Shown here: one piece after another, positions 47,170 to 55,180 of the stretch
Numbering within the stretch: the stretch's first letter is position 1
How the letters are laid out: every line of letters starts with the position of its first letter
Assembly: GCA_963740355.1 (NCBI GenBank)
Contig: CAVUDW010000002.1
Span: forward strand, 1,312,001 to 1,376,000
Direction: 5' to 3'
DNA: 64,000 nucleotides
From: an uncultured Gemmatimonadaceae bacterium
Lineage (GTDB): Bacteria; Gemmatimonadota; Gemmatimonadetes; Gemmatimonadales; Gemmatimonadaceae
The notes under the pieces: generated by a model
Seen by the model: the letters and a program-made list of their open reading frames with translations, nothing else
Databases searched by the model: none
Told to the model about the DNA's origin: nothing
Program-made: the position numbers and the translations under genes

Positions 47170-47937
47170 CTACTTGCGCCAGATGAGAATGACGGCGCAG
47201 GCGTCGTCGACGTACTCGCCTGGGATCGTGGATGGACCGGAGAAGATCTCCATCAACTGGATGCTCGACGGAGTGATGTCACGGATCGCCATCGCGGCGC
47301 CGATGCTCAGTTCTGCTCCCATCGAGTAGTTGGTCCAGCGCTGTCCGTCGACCCAGACCTGAACCTTCTGGTTGTTGCTTCCGAGCTCGGTACAGCGAGC
47401 GAACTCGATCGTATTGGCCTTGACGCGGACACCTGGTACGCGCTGTAACAGTGACGCCACGTCGAGCGGGAACAGACTGTCAATTTGCTCGCGTGTGATG
47501 AAATGCCCGACGCCACGCTGGAGGCGCTGATACGGCTCTGAAAGCCGCACTGGATACGTGACCTTCTTGCCGGACACCGTGATCGTGGCCATCCGCTGGG
47601 CGATCGGGACCATCGAAATCCGGATGCTTGTCTCGAGGTTCCCGCTTACACGAAATGTCTTGTACAACGCGTCGTACCCCAAGCGGCGCGCGGTCAGGAG
47701 ATAATCACCGGCAGGAAGTGAGACGAAGCGAAAGCTGCCGGCGGAGTCGGTGCGTGCCGCACGATGGCTCGGAGTCAGTGTTATTGCGACATCAGGCAAG
47801 TGCGTCGAGTCCTGACCTTGCACGCGCACAACGCCACTGAGAACTCCCGCTGGAGCTTGCGCGCGAAGAGGTGCCGCGGCAAACGACATGAGCGCAAAGG
47901 CGCGCGCAATGGAGACGCAGTGATTCGCAATCGGCAT
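47170..47937 (-). CDS. Secreted CarboxypepD_reg-like + TonB-plug-like protein without a barrel
   Basis: GAGGA RBS before ATG 47937; signal peptide ending LRA; TDSAGSFRF, GHFITREQI, LLQRVPGV, VWVDG, IQLMEIFSG, CAVILIW. Confidence 0.75.
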   Translation of the reverse strand: MPIANHCVSIARAFALMSFAAAPLRAQAPAGVLSGVVRVQGQDSTHLPDVAITLTPSHRAARTDSAGSFRFVSLPAGDYLLTARRLGYDALYKTFRVSGNLETSIRISMVPIAQRMATITVSGKKVTYPVRLSEPYQRLQRGVGHFITREQIDSLFPLDVASLLQRVPGVRVKANTIEFARCTELGSNNQKVQVWVDGQRWTNYSMGAELSIGAAMAIRDITPSSIQLMEIFSGPSTIPGEYVDDACAVILIWRK

Positions 47938-47986
47938 CCGTCGTTTCCTCGCGAAATGTTCTGAAGTCAAACTTAAACAACTACTG

Positions 47987-48470
47987 TAACAGCAATGGAG
48001 CGGAGCCCACGGAGCTCACGGAGTGCTTCGGTTGCAGCGCTCCGTGGAGCTCGGGGCTTCCTCGACTTGAAGGGCGAAGGGCGCGGTAGCGAGGTCGTGC
48101 AGTTCCTCATTCCTAAAGTTGGCGCTGCACGTACCTCGGCGATCAGAGCACTCCGTGAGCTCCGTGGCCTCCCCCTCATTGCTGTTGCTCTTCGCCGTAT
48201 CTGCAACAGCAGCTGCAACGGGAGCGGAGGGGAAATCCGGGGAAATCCGGTGACAGTGCACTCATTCCATCGGAATGAGTGCACTGTCACCGGATTTCGC
48301 TGTCACCGGATTTCGCTCCGTGCAGCGCGGGACTTCCTCGACTTGAAGGGCGAAGGGAGCGGCAGCGAGGTCGTGCAGTTCCTCATTTCTTAAGGTGGCG
48401 CTGCACCTACCTCGGCGATCAGAGCACTCCGTGAGCTCCGTGGCCTCCCCCCCCCCATTGCTGTTGCTGT
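47987..48470 (+). repeat. Hairpin repeat family B, tandem copies B3 (47987-48190, intact) and B4 (48202-48470, interrupted)
   Basis: Same core as B1/B2. B3 arms at 48002-48027 / 48147-48172 with a 119-nt core; B4 right arm at 48423-48448. Confidence 0.9.
48242..48298. repeat. 57-bp perfect palindrome (REP-like), copy 2, inside B4
   Basis: Identical to 46800-46856; flanked by partial end duplications ggaaatccgg (48231-48240) and ctgtcaccggatttc (48300-48314). Confidence 0.92.
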
Positions 48471-48494
48471 TCGAACCACGCAGACGGCAGCAGC

Positions 48495-48537
48495 AAAAAA
48501 GAGCGGCCCGTTCAGTCAATCGAACGGGCCGCTCTTT
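48495..48537 (-). terminator. Rho-independent terminator of the symporter operon
   Basis: aaagagcggcccgttc / gaacgggccgctcttt stem; A6 at 48495-48500 gives a U-tract on the minus strand. Confidence 0.8.
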
Positions 48538-48556
48538 CACCAGAACAACGCTGAAC

Positions 48557-48775
48557 TCAGCCCTTCGCCGCCCCGCGCTTCGCGAGACCGAGGAAGATCA
48601 GGCCCGTCACGAACATCACGACGCCCCAGATCAGGTTGATGTTCATGCCCGCCGACTTCACGTACATCTCGGTGTTGCTCGCCGTGGCCAGGCCATAGCC
48701 GGCCAGCATGACGCCGAGGACTGCGAACAGGCCGCCGATCGGGAGGCGCAGGTCGAGGGAGGCTTCTCCACTCAT
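48557..48775 (-). CDS. Small two-TM membrane protein downstream of the Na+/solute symporter
   Basis: 72 aa, two hydrophobic helices (DLRLPIGGLF..., NINLIWG...); GGAG RBS; 16 nt from the symporter stop. Confidence 0.75.
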   Translation of the reverse strand: MSGEASLDLRLPIGGLFAVLGVMLAGYGLATASNTEMYVKSAGMNINLIWGVVMFVTGLIFLGLAKRGAAKG

Positions 48776-48791
48776 GATGTGTGCTCCGCGG

Positions 48792-50537
48792 TCAGAGGAA
48801 GATGATGTTGAGCAGGACCGTCATTGCCAGCACGGCCAGCGCGAAGGTCAACGGACGCTTGAAGAACGGAATGCCAGAATCCACCGGCTTCTCCGTCAAC
48901 GAATAGACCAGACCCTTGAGCTCCACATCCGGGCGCGGCTTCGTTGCGAGGCTGATGATGATGCTGACCAGCACGCAGGTCGAGAACGCCACGATCGCCG
49001 TCCAGAACGTCTGCGCCATCTCGCTCGGGTACGTGTGCACGAGGCCGAAGAAGCCGCCCTTGATGCCCGGCACCGAGCCGTTCGGCAACGTCAGGCCGTG
49101 ATGCAGCATCGCGCCGCTCATGCCGGCTGCGAGGCCCCAGAAGGCGCCGTGACCCGTGGCGCGCTTCCAGAACATGCCCAGCGCGAAGGTCGCAAACAGC
49201 GGGGCGTTCACGAACGCGAACACCAGCTGCAGGATCTCCATGATGTTGTTGAATGCGCCCGCCACGTACGCCGCGGCAATCGACAACACGATACCGCCCA
49301 CCGTCGCCGCACGACCCATCCAGAGGTAGTGCTCGTCGCTCGCGCCCTTCTTGATGTGGCTCTGGTAGATGTCGTACGTCCACACCGTGTTGAACGCCGT
49401 CACGTTACCGGCCATGCCCGACATGAAGCTGGCCAGCAGCGCCGTCAGGCCGAGTCCCAGCATGCCTTCCGGGAAGAGCTTGATCAGCAGCATCGGCGTG
49501 GCGAGGTCGAAGTCCATCACGACCTTGCCCGCGGCGTCGAGGATCGGCTGTCCGGCTGCATTCAGCTTGGCCGGGATGATGCCGCCGGCCGTACCCGTCA
49601 GTGCCAGCGCGATCATGCCCGGCAGGATCACGAGGAACGGGAAGAACATCTTCGGCACCGCAGCGATCAGCGGCGTGCGACGGGCGGCGATCATGCTGTC
49701 GGCGGCCATCGCGCGCTGCACCACGAGGAAGTCCGTGCACCAGTAACCGAAGCTGAGCACGAAGCCGAGGCCCATGACTAACCCGAACCACTCCACGCCT
49801 AAGGGATTGGTACTGGCACTGGTCATGCCCTGCCACGCATGCGTCAGCGCTCCAGGCGCATGGCCGTTGGCCACCGATGCTTCCGTCAACTTTGCCGTCA
49901 GTCCCGACCAGCCGCCCACCTGCTTCAGGCCAAGGAACACCAGCGGAGCGAAACCGAACGCGATCATGAAGAACTGCAGCACTTCATTGTAGATCGCGCT
50001 CGTCAGGCCACCAGCGAACACGTACGCCAGCACGATCACCGCCGACACCAGCACGCTGACGTCGAAACTCCAGCCCAGCAGCAGGTTGAACAGCTTGCCC
50101 ATCGCGTACATCGAGATGCCGGACGAGAAGATCGTCATCACGGCAAAGCTCAGCGCGTTCAGCGTGCGCGTCTTTTCGTCGAAGCGCAGCTTCAGGTATT
50201 CCGGTACGCTGCGAGCGCGTGAGCCGTAGTAGAACGGCATCATGAACAGCGCCACGAACACCATCGCCGGGATCGCGCCGATCCAGTAGAAGTGCGCGGT
50301 CGCGATGCCGTACTTGGCACCCGAGGCACCCATGCCGATCACTTCCTGCGCGCCGAGGTTGGCGGAGAGGAAGGCGAGACCGGTGACCCAGGGCGGCAGT
50401 GACCGGCCCGACTGGAAGAAGTCGGAGCTGGTCTTCGTGCTCCGTCGCAAGGCAAAGCCGATGCCGAGCACGAACACGAAGTACATGGCCATCACGGCGT
50501 AATCGATCGCCGTCAGATGGGTGAGGACTTGATCCAC
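48792..50537 (-). CDS. Sodium:solute symporter (SSF/SLC5), probably for a sugar
   Basis: DFFQSGRSLP, SVPEYLKLRF, GGLTSAIYNE, YWCTDFLVVQR; about 13-14 TM segments. Confidence 0.92.
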   Translation of the reverse strand: MDQVLTHLTAIDYAVMAMYFVFVLGIGFALRRSTKTSSDFFQSGRSLPPWVTGLAFLSANLGAQEVIGMGASGAKYGIATAHFYWIGAIPAMVFVALFMMPFYYGSRARSVPEYLKLRFDEKTRTLNALSFAVMTIFSSGISMYAMGKLFNLLLGWSFDVSVLVSAVIVLAYVFAGGLTSAIYNEVLQFFMIAFGFAPLVFLGLKQVGGWSGLTAKLTEASVANGHAPGALTHAWQGMTSASTNPLGVEWFGLVMGLGFVLSFGYWCTDFLVVQRAMAADSMIAARRTPLIAAVPKMFFPFLVILPGMIALALTGTAGGIIPAKLNAAGQPILDAAGKVVMDFDLATPMLLIKLFPEGMLGLGLTALLASFMSGMAGNVTAFNTVWTYDIYQSHIKKGASDEHYLWMGRAATVGGIVLSIAAAYVAGAFNNIMEILQLVFAFVNAPLFATFALGMFWKRATGHGAFWGLAAGMSGAMLHHGLTLPNGSVPGIKGGFFGLVHTYPSEMAQTFWTAIVAFSTCVLVSIIISLATKPRPDVELKGLVYSLTEKPVDSGIPFFKRPLTFALAVLAMTVLLNIIFL

Positions 50538-50847
50538 GAGGGCTCCACGAGGCGCCGGCGACCGGCGGATGAGGAATGGGGCAGGGCGGAGACAGCTGGC
50601 CTGGAGGCACCACCGGCCACGGTGGAACCGGACGCGAGCATCCTATCCACCGAACCGCATCTTCGCAGGTGACCCCGCTGCAGTTTCCCGTCTCGGCCGG
50701 CACCCCCGACTACCCGGACCACCGGCCGAGCAAAGGTTACGGGAGGCGGGCGCTGCCGGAATCGCGGTCCCCCTGAAAGATTACCCGCGTCCGAGGCGCC
50801 CCCTCCGAGGGACCGCAGGCACGATTGGCTCTTTACCACGCCCCCGC

Positions 50848-52365
50848 ATGGACCCCAAGGCTGTCGACACCAAAGCCGTCACTCGTCGCGACTTCGTCGC
50901 CGGCGGTGCCACTCTCGCACTCGGTGCGCTCGTCGCACCGCCCATGATCGTGCCCCGGCACGTCCTCGGACGCGGCTTCCAGGCGCCGAGCGACACGCTC
51001 AACATCGCGTACGTCGGTGCTGGCGGCATGGGCATGTCGAACTGGATGCAGCTGCTCACCGAGAACACGGTCGCAGTCTGCGACGTCGACTCCGCCTATC
51101 TCGAGCGGGGCATCACGAACCGCGCGCGTACGCCGGGCGCGTTCACGGCACCGGCCAACCTGAGTGCCGAGGATGCCAAGGCGTGGGTCGCCCGCCGCAC
51201 CGCCCAGGCGCAGCAGAACTACCAGAACGGCCAGAAGCTGCAGGAGCACTACACGAAGGCGGCCAAGTACGCCGACTATCGCGAGATGCTCGACAAGCAG
51301 AAGGACATCGACGCCGTGGTGGTCGCGACGCCGGACCACATGCACGCCATGATCGCGCTCCGTGCGATGCAGATGAAGAAGCACGTGTACGTGCAGAAGC
51401 CGCTCACCTACTCGGTGATGGAAGCCCGGGCGATGAACAAGGCGGCGCGCGACACGAAGGTCGTGACGCAGATGGGCAACCAGGGCCACTCGTCCGATGG
51501 CACGCGCAAGATCAAGGAAGTGATCGCGAGCGGCATCCTCGGGCCCATCAGCGAGGTCCACGTCTGGACGAACCGACCGCACGGCTACTGGCCGCAGGGT
51601 GTCGCACGCCCGAAGCCGGCCGTCGCGCCGACGGTGCCGTCGACGCTGAACTGGGACCTGTTCGTCGGTGCCGCACCCTTCGTGCCCTACGATCCGGCGT
51701 ACCACCCCTTCGCGTGGCGCGGCTGGCTGAACTTCGGCGTCAGCGCGATCGGCGACATGGGCGCGCACCTCATCGACCAGCCGTTCTGGGCGCTGGAACT
51801 GGGCATGCCGACGGCGATCAGCTCATCGTCCACGCCTTTCGGTGGCGACGCGCGGAATCCCGATACGTACCCCGTCGGGCAGACGGTCGAGTACGAGTTC
51901 GCGGCCAAGGGGAGCCGGCCTGCGGTCAAGATGCACTGGTACGACGGCGGCCTGCTGCCGCCGCGCCCGAAGTTCCTTCCCGACGAGATCGCACTCGGCG
52001 GCGACGGCGGCGGCTACTTCGTCGGCACGAAGGGCATCATGGTCTATGACACGTATGGCAACAACCCGCGCGTCTTCCCGACCGCGATGGATCCTGCCTT
52101 CCAGGCCGTCCCGAAGTCGGTCGCGCGCATCACCACGTCACACGAGCAGAACTGGTCCGACGCCTGCAAGGGGAAGGGCACGGCCAGTTCGCCGTTCGAG
52201 TATGCGGCACCGCTCACGGAAGTGATGCTGCTTGGGCTGGTCGCACTGCGCGCCGGCCAGGGCAAGAAGATCTTCTACGATGGCGACGCGATGCGTGTGA
52301 CGAATGCACCAGAAGCAAACGCCTTCCTGACGCGCGAGTACCGCTCAGGCTGGAGTCTCTCATGA
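50848..52365 (+). CDS. Tat-exported Gfo/Idh/MocA oxidoreductase (glycoside 3-dehydrogenase-like)
   Basis: TRRDFV Tat motif; VGAGGMG, ATPDHMH, QKPL, GDMGAH; start moved to ATG 50848. Confidence 0.88.
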   Translation: MDPKAVDTKAVTRRDFVAGGATLALGALVAPPMIVPRHVLGRGFQAPSDTLNIAYVGAGGMGMSNWMQLLTENTVAVCDVDSAYLERGITNRARTPGAFTAPANLSAEDAKAWVARRTAQAQQNYQNGQKLQEHYTKAAKYADYREMLDKQKDIDAVVVATPDHMHAMIALRAMQMKKHVYVQKPLTYSVMEARAMNKAARDTKVVTQMGNQGHSSDGTRKIKEVIASGILGPISEVHVWTNRPHGYWPQGVARPKPAVAPTVPSTLNWDLFVGAAPFVPYDPAYHPFAWRGWLNFGVSAIGDMGAHLIDQPFWALELGMPTAISSSSTPFGGDARNPDTYPVGQTVEYEFAAKGSRPAVKMHWYDGGLLPPRPKFLPDEIALGGDGGGYFVGTKGIMVYDTYGNNPRVFPTAMDPAFQAVPKSVARITTSHEQNWSDACKGKGTASSPFEYAAPLTEVMLLGLVALRAGQGKKIFYDGDAMRVTNAPEANAFLTREYRSGWSLS

Positions 52366-52405
52366 GGTCTGTGTTGCGGAGAGCACACGTTCGTCACATG
52401 CACGC

Positions 52406-53644
52406 ATGAGCGCACGACTTGGCGTTGGATTCGTCGGCAGCGGTTTCAACACCCGCTTCCATATCCAGGCGTTCCGCGCCATCCGCGATGCGGATGTGCG
52501 CGGCGTCTGGAGTCCGAACAAGGAGCGGGCCGAAAGCGCTGCGGCGCTGGCGCGCGACATCGATGTCGGTGATTGCAAGGCGTACGACTCGATCACCGCG
52601 ATGGTCGCCGATCCGGCGATCGATGCGATCTGGCTCAGTGGGCCGAACCAGGCGCGCATCGAGAACGTCGAGGAGATCGTCAACGCGATCCGGAGCGGGA
52701 AGGGCACGTTGAAGGGCTTGGCGTGCGAGAAGCCGCTGGCGCGAAACGTCGCCGAGGCGAAGAAGGTCTGCGAGCTGGTGGAGAGTGTTGGCCTGAAGAC
52801 CGGCTATCTCGAGAACCAGCTGTTCTCGCCGCATGTCGAGACAGGCCACAAGCTGTTGTGGGCGCGAGGCGCCGCAACCACCGGGCGCCCGTACCTGGCG
52901 CGGGCGGCAGAAGAGCATAGCGGCCCTCACACGCCCTGGTTCTGGACCGGCGCACTGCAAGGTGGCGGCACGCTGACGGACATGATGTGTCACTCCGCGC
53001 TGCTGATTCGGCACCTGCTGACGAAGCCGGGTGAATCGCTGGCGACCGTCCGGCCGAAGAAGGTCACGGCCCACATCGCGAGCCTGAAGTGGTCGCGCCC
53101 GCACTACGCGAAGATCCTGCGCGACGACATGAAGGTGCAGGTGGATTACACCAGGACGCCGTCGGAAGACTTTGCCAGCATGCATGTCGAGTTCGAGACG
53201 GACGATGGCTACACGGTGCTCGGCGAAGCCACGACATCGTGGAGCTATGTCGGACCGGGGTTGCGATTGTCAGCGGAGTTGCTCGGTCCCGAGTATTCGA
53301 TGCAGTGGAATTCGCTCGATCCGGGCCTGAAGCTGTTTTTCTCGCGTGAGGTCAAGGGTGCGACCGGCGAAGACCTGGTGGAGAAGCAGCAGGCGGAGAC
53401 CGGTGTGATGCCGGTGGTGCCTGCTGAGCAGTTCGTGTATGGGTATGAGACGGAGGACCGACATTTCGCCCGCGCGTTCCTCGGGCTCGAGGAACCCCGC
53501 CTCACCTTTGCCGACGGACTCGATGTCGTGAAGTTGTTGATGACGGCCTACCAGAGTGCGGAACAGGGCCGCACGATCGATTATCCCGGCGAGAATCTCG
53601 ACACGTTCACCTCGGCGGTCTCCCGTTACGAATGGAAGCGATGA
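52406..53644 (+). CDS. Gfo/Idh/MocA family oxidoreductase, cytoplasmic
   Basis: VGSGF, CEKPLA, GGGTLTDMMCH. Confidence 0.85.
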   Translation: MSARLGVGFVGSGFNTRFHIQAFRAIRDADVRGVWSPNKERAESAAALARDIDVGDCKAYDSITAMVADPAIDAIWLSGPNQARIENVEEIVNAIRSGKGTLKGLACEKPLARNVAEAKKVCELVESVGLKTGYLENQLFSPHVETGHKLLWARGAATTGRPYLARAAEEHSGPHTPWFWTGALQGGGTLTDMMCHSALLIRHLLTKPGESLATVRPKKVTAHIASLKWSRPHYAKILRDDMKVQVDYTRTPSEDFASMHVEFETDDGYTVLGEATTSWSYVGPGLRLSAELLGPEYSMQWNSLDPGLKLFFSREVKGATGEDLVEKQQAETGVMPVVPAEQFVYGYETEDRHFARAFLGLEEPRLTFADGLDVVKLLMTAYQSAEQGRTIDYPGENLDTFTSAVSRYEWKR

Positions 53645-54408
53645 TGATCCGCCGGACCGTGAAGTTCACCACGTGCGCGCTGCTGTCTGTCGGCGCGCTC
53701 GCGTGCAGTGGCGAGGGGAAGAAAGCCGGTGCCGGCGACTCGTCGGCCGCGACAGTGGCCGCGGCGGCCACGGCACCGAAGTCGAAGGGCGATGCGCCAT
53801 TGTCCAATGCCGTCGTCTGGACCCCGCTGATCGACGACAAGATGTCGCAGTGGCGCGGATGGAAGACCGATGCGATGCCCGCCGGCTGGACCGTCACCGG
53901 CGACGTCATCACAAAGGATGGACTGGTCGGTGATCTCGAGTCGCGTGCGCAGTTTGCGAACTTCGAGCTCGAGTTCGACTGGAAGGTGGGGACGATGGCG
54001 AACGCCGGCGTCTTCTATCGCGTGACCGAAGAGTACGACAAGCCATACTGGAGCGCCCCGGAGTACCAGCTTCGCGATGAGGCGATGGATCCGGAGAACA
54101 AGAATCCCCTGCTCGCATCGGCGGCCGCGTATGGCGTCTGGCCAACGACGCGTAACGTGACGAAGCCACTTGGCGAATGGAACAGCGCCCGCATCGTGGT
54201 CTCGGGCAACTTCGTCGAGCATTGGCTCAACGGGGAGCAGGTGGTGCAGTACCAGCTGTCGGGTCCCGAATGGACCGCGAAGGTGAAGTCGACCAAGTTC
54301 GCTGAATTCCCCAACTACGGCCTGGCGAAGCGTGGCTTCCTTGGCATCCAGGGTGATCATCAGGGGATGCTCAGCATCCGCGGGATGCGCATCCGGGAAC
54401 TGCCATGA
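53641..54408 (+). CDS. DUF1080 (3-keto-disaccharide hydrolase/hydratase) lipoprotein
   Basis: Lipobox ALAC; FANFELEFDWK, NAGVFYR, PEYQL, GEWN, VEHWLNG, LGIQGDH; ATGA overlap with the upstream gene. Confidence 0.88.
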   Translation: MMIRRTVKFTTCALLSVGALACSGEGKKAGAGDSSAATVAAAATAPKSKGDAPLSNAVVWTPLIDDKMSQWRGWKTDAMPAGWTVTGDVITKDGLVGDLESRAQFANFELEFDWKVGTMANAGVFYRVTEEYDKPYWSAPEYQLRDEAMDPENKNPLLASAAAYGVWPTTRNVTKPLGEWNSARIVVSGNFVEHWLNGEQVVQYQLSGPEWTAKVKSTKFAEFPNYGLAKRGFLGIQGDHQGMLSIRGMRIRELP

Positions 54409-54445
54409 CCACGCGCGTGGAGTCCACAAACAACAGGAGGCGGTG

Positions 54446-55180
54446 ATGCGCACAACAGGACGAACGATCGCCACGGTGTTGCTCGGTGGCGCGGCCATGA
54501 CAGCCTGCGCGAAACAGGAGGCGAAGCCCGTGGCCGACAGCGCCGCCCCCGCGACTGCAGCGCCCGCGGTGGCGACTGCAGATACCACGACGAAGGCGCT
54601 CCTCGACTCGGCGCTGTCGCAGTGGCGCGCCTACAAGACGCCGTCAGGCCAGCAAGGCTGGAGCTACAAGGATGGCGTGCTGTCGAAGACCGGGAACGCA
54701 AGCGACCTGCAATCGATGGCGCAGTATGCCAACTTCGAGCTCGACTGGGATTGGAAGCTCGCCAAGGGCGGCAACGCCGGCGTGTTCTACCGTGTGACGG
54801 AGGAGTACGACAAGCCGTACTGGAGCGGCCCGGAATACCAGCTGCTCGATGACGCGCGCCATCCCGATGCGAAGGACTCCACGCGCCGTGCCGCGTCGGC
54901 CTACGCCATCTACGCGCCGACGCCGGGTGTGGTGAAGCCGGCCGAAGAGTGGAATTCGTCGCGCATCATCGTCAACGGCAACAATGTCGAGCACTGGCTC
55001 AACGGGCAGAAAGTCGTGTCGTATGAACTGAAGGGCGCCGACTGGACCGCGAAGGTGAAGGCCAGCAAGTTCTCCGAGTACCCGAATTATGGCCTCGCCA
55101 GCCGCGGGTACATCTCCATCCAGGGCGATCACGAAGGCCAGCTCAGCATCCGCGGGATGCGCATCCGGGAACTGCCATGA
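54446..55180 (+). CDS. DUF1080 (3-keto-disaccharide hydrolase/hydratase) lipoprotein, paralog
   Basis: AGGAGG RBS; lipobox MTAC; same motifs (GNAGVFYR, PEYQLLDD, ISIQGDH). Confidence 0.88.
   Translation: MRTTGRTIATVLLGGAAMTACAKQEAKPVADSAAPATAAPAVATADTTTKALLDSALSQWRAYKTPSGQQGWSYKDGVLSKTGNASDLQSMAQYANFELDWDWKLAKGGNAGVFYRVTEEYDKPYWSGPEYQLLDDARHPDAKDSTRRAASAYAIYAPTPGVVKPAEEWNSSRIIVNGNNVEHWLNGQKVVSYELKGADWTAKVKASKFSEYPNYGLASRGYISIQGDHEGQLSIRGMRIRELP

Noticed and set aside
36227..48470. Repeat families A and B as CRISPR arrays
   Set aside because: Units are 77-410 nt with conserved interiors, there are no unique spacers, and no cas genes are present.
46642..48470. Classical integron attC sites or an IS/composite transposon
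   Set aside because: No clear RYYYAAC...GTTRRRY boxes at the hairpin ends, no integrase or transposase ORF, and no target-site duplication seen.
35998..48805. ORFs across the repeats (35998..36651, 36323..36772, 39128..39562, 46808..47059, 47995..48393, 48262..48540)
   Set aside because: They are translations of GC-rich repeats; stops differ between copies and no protein motif is recognisable.
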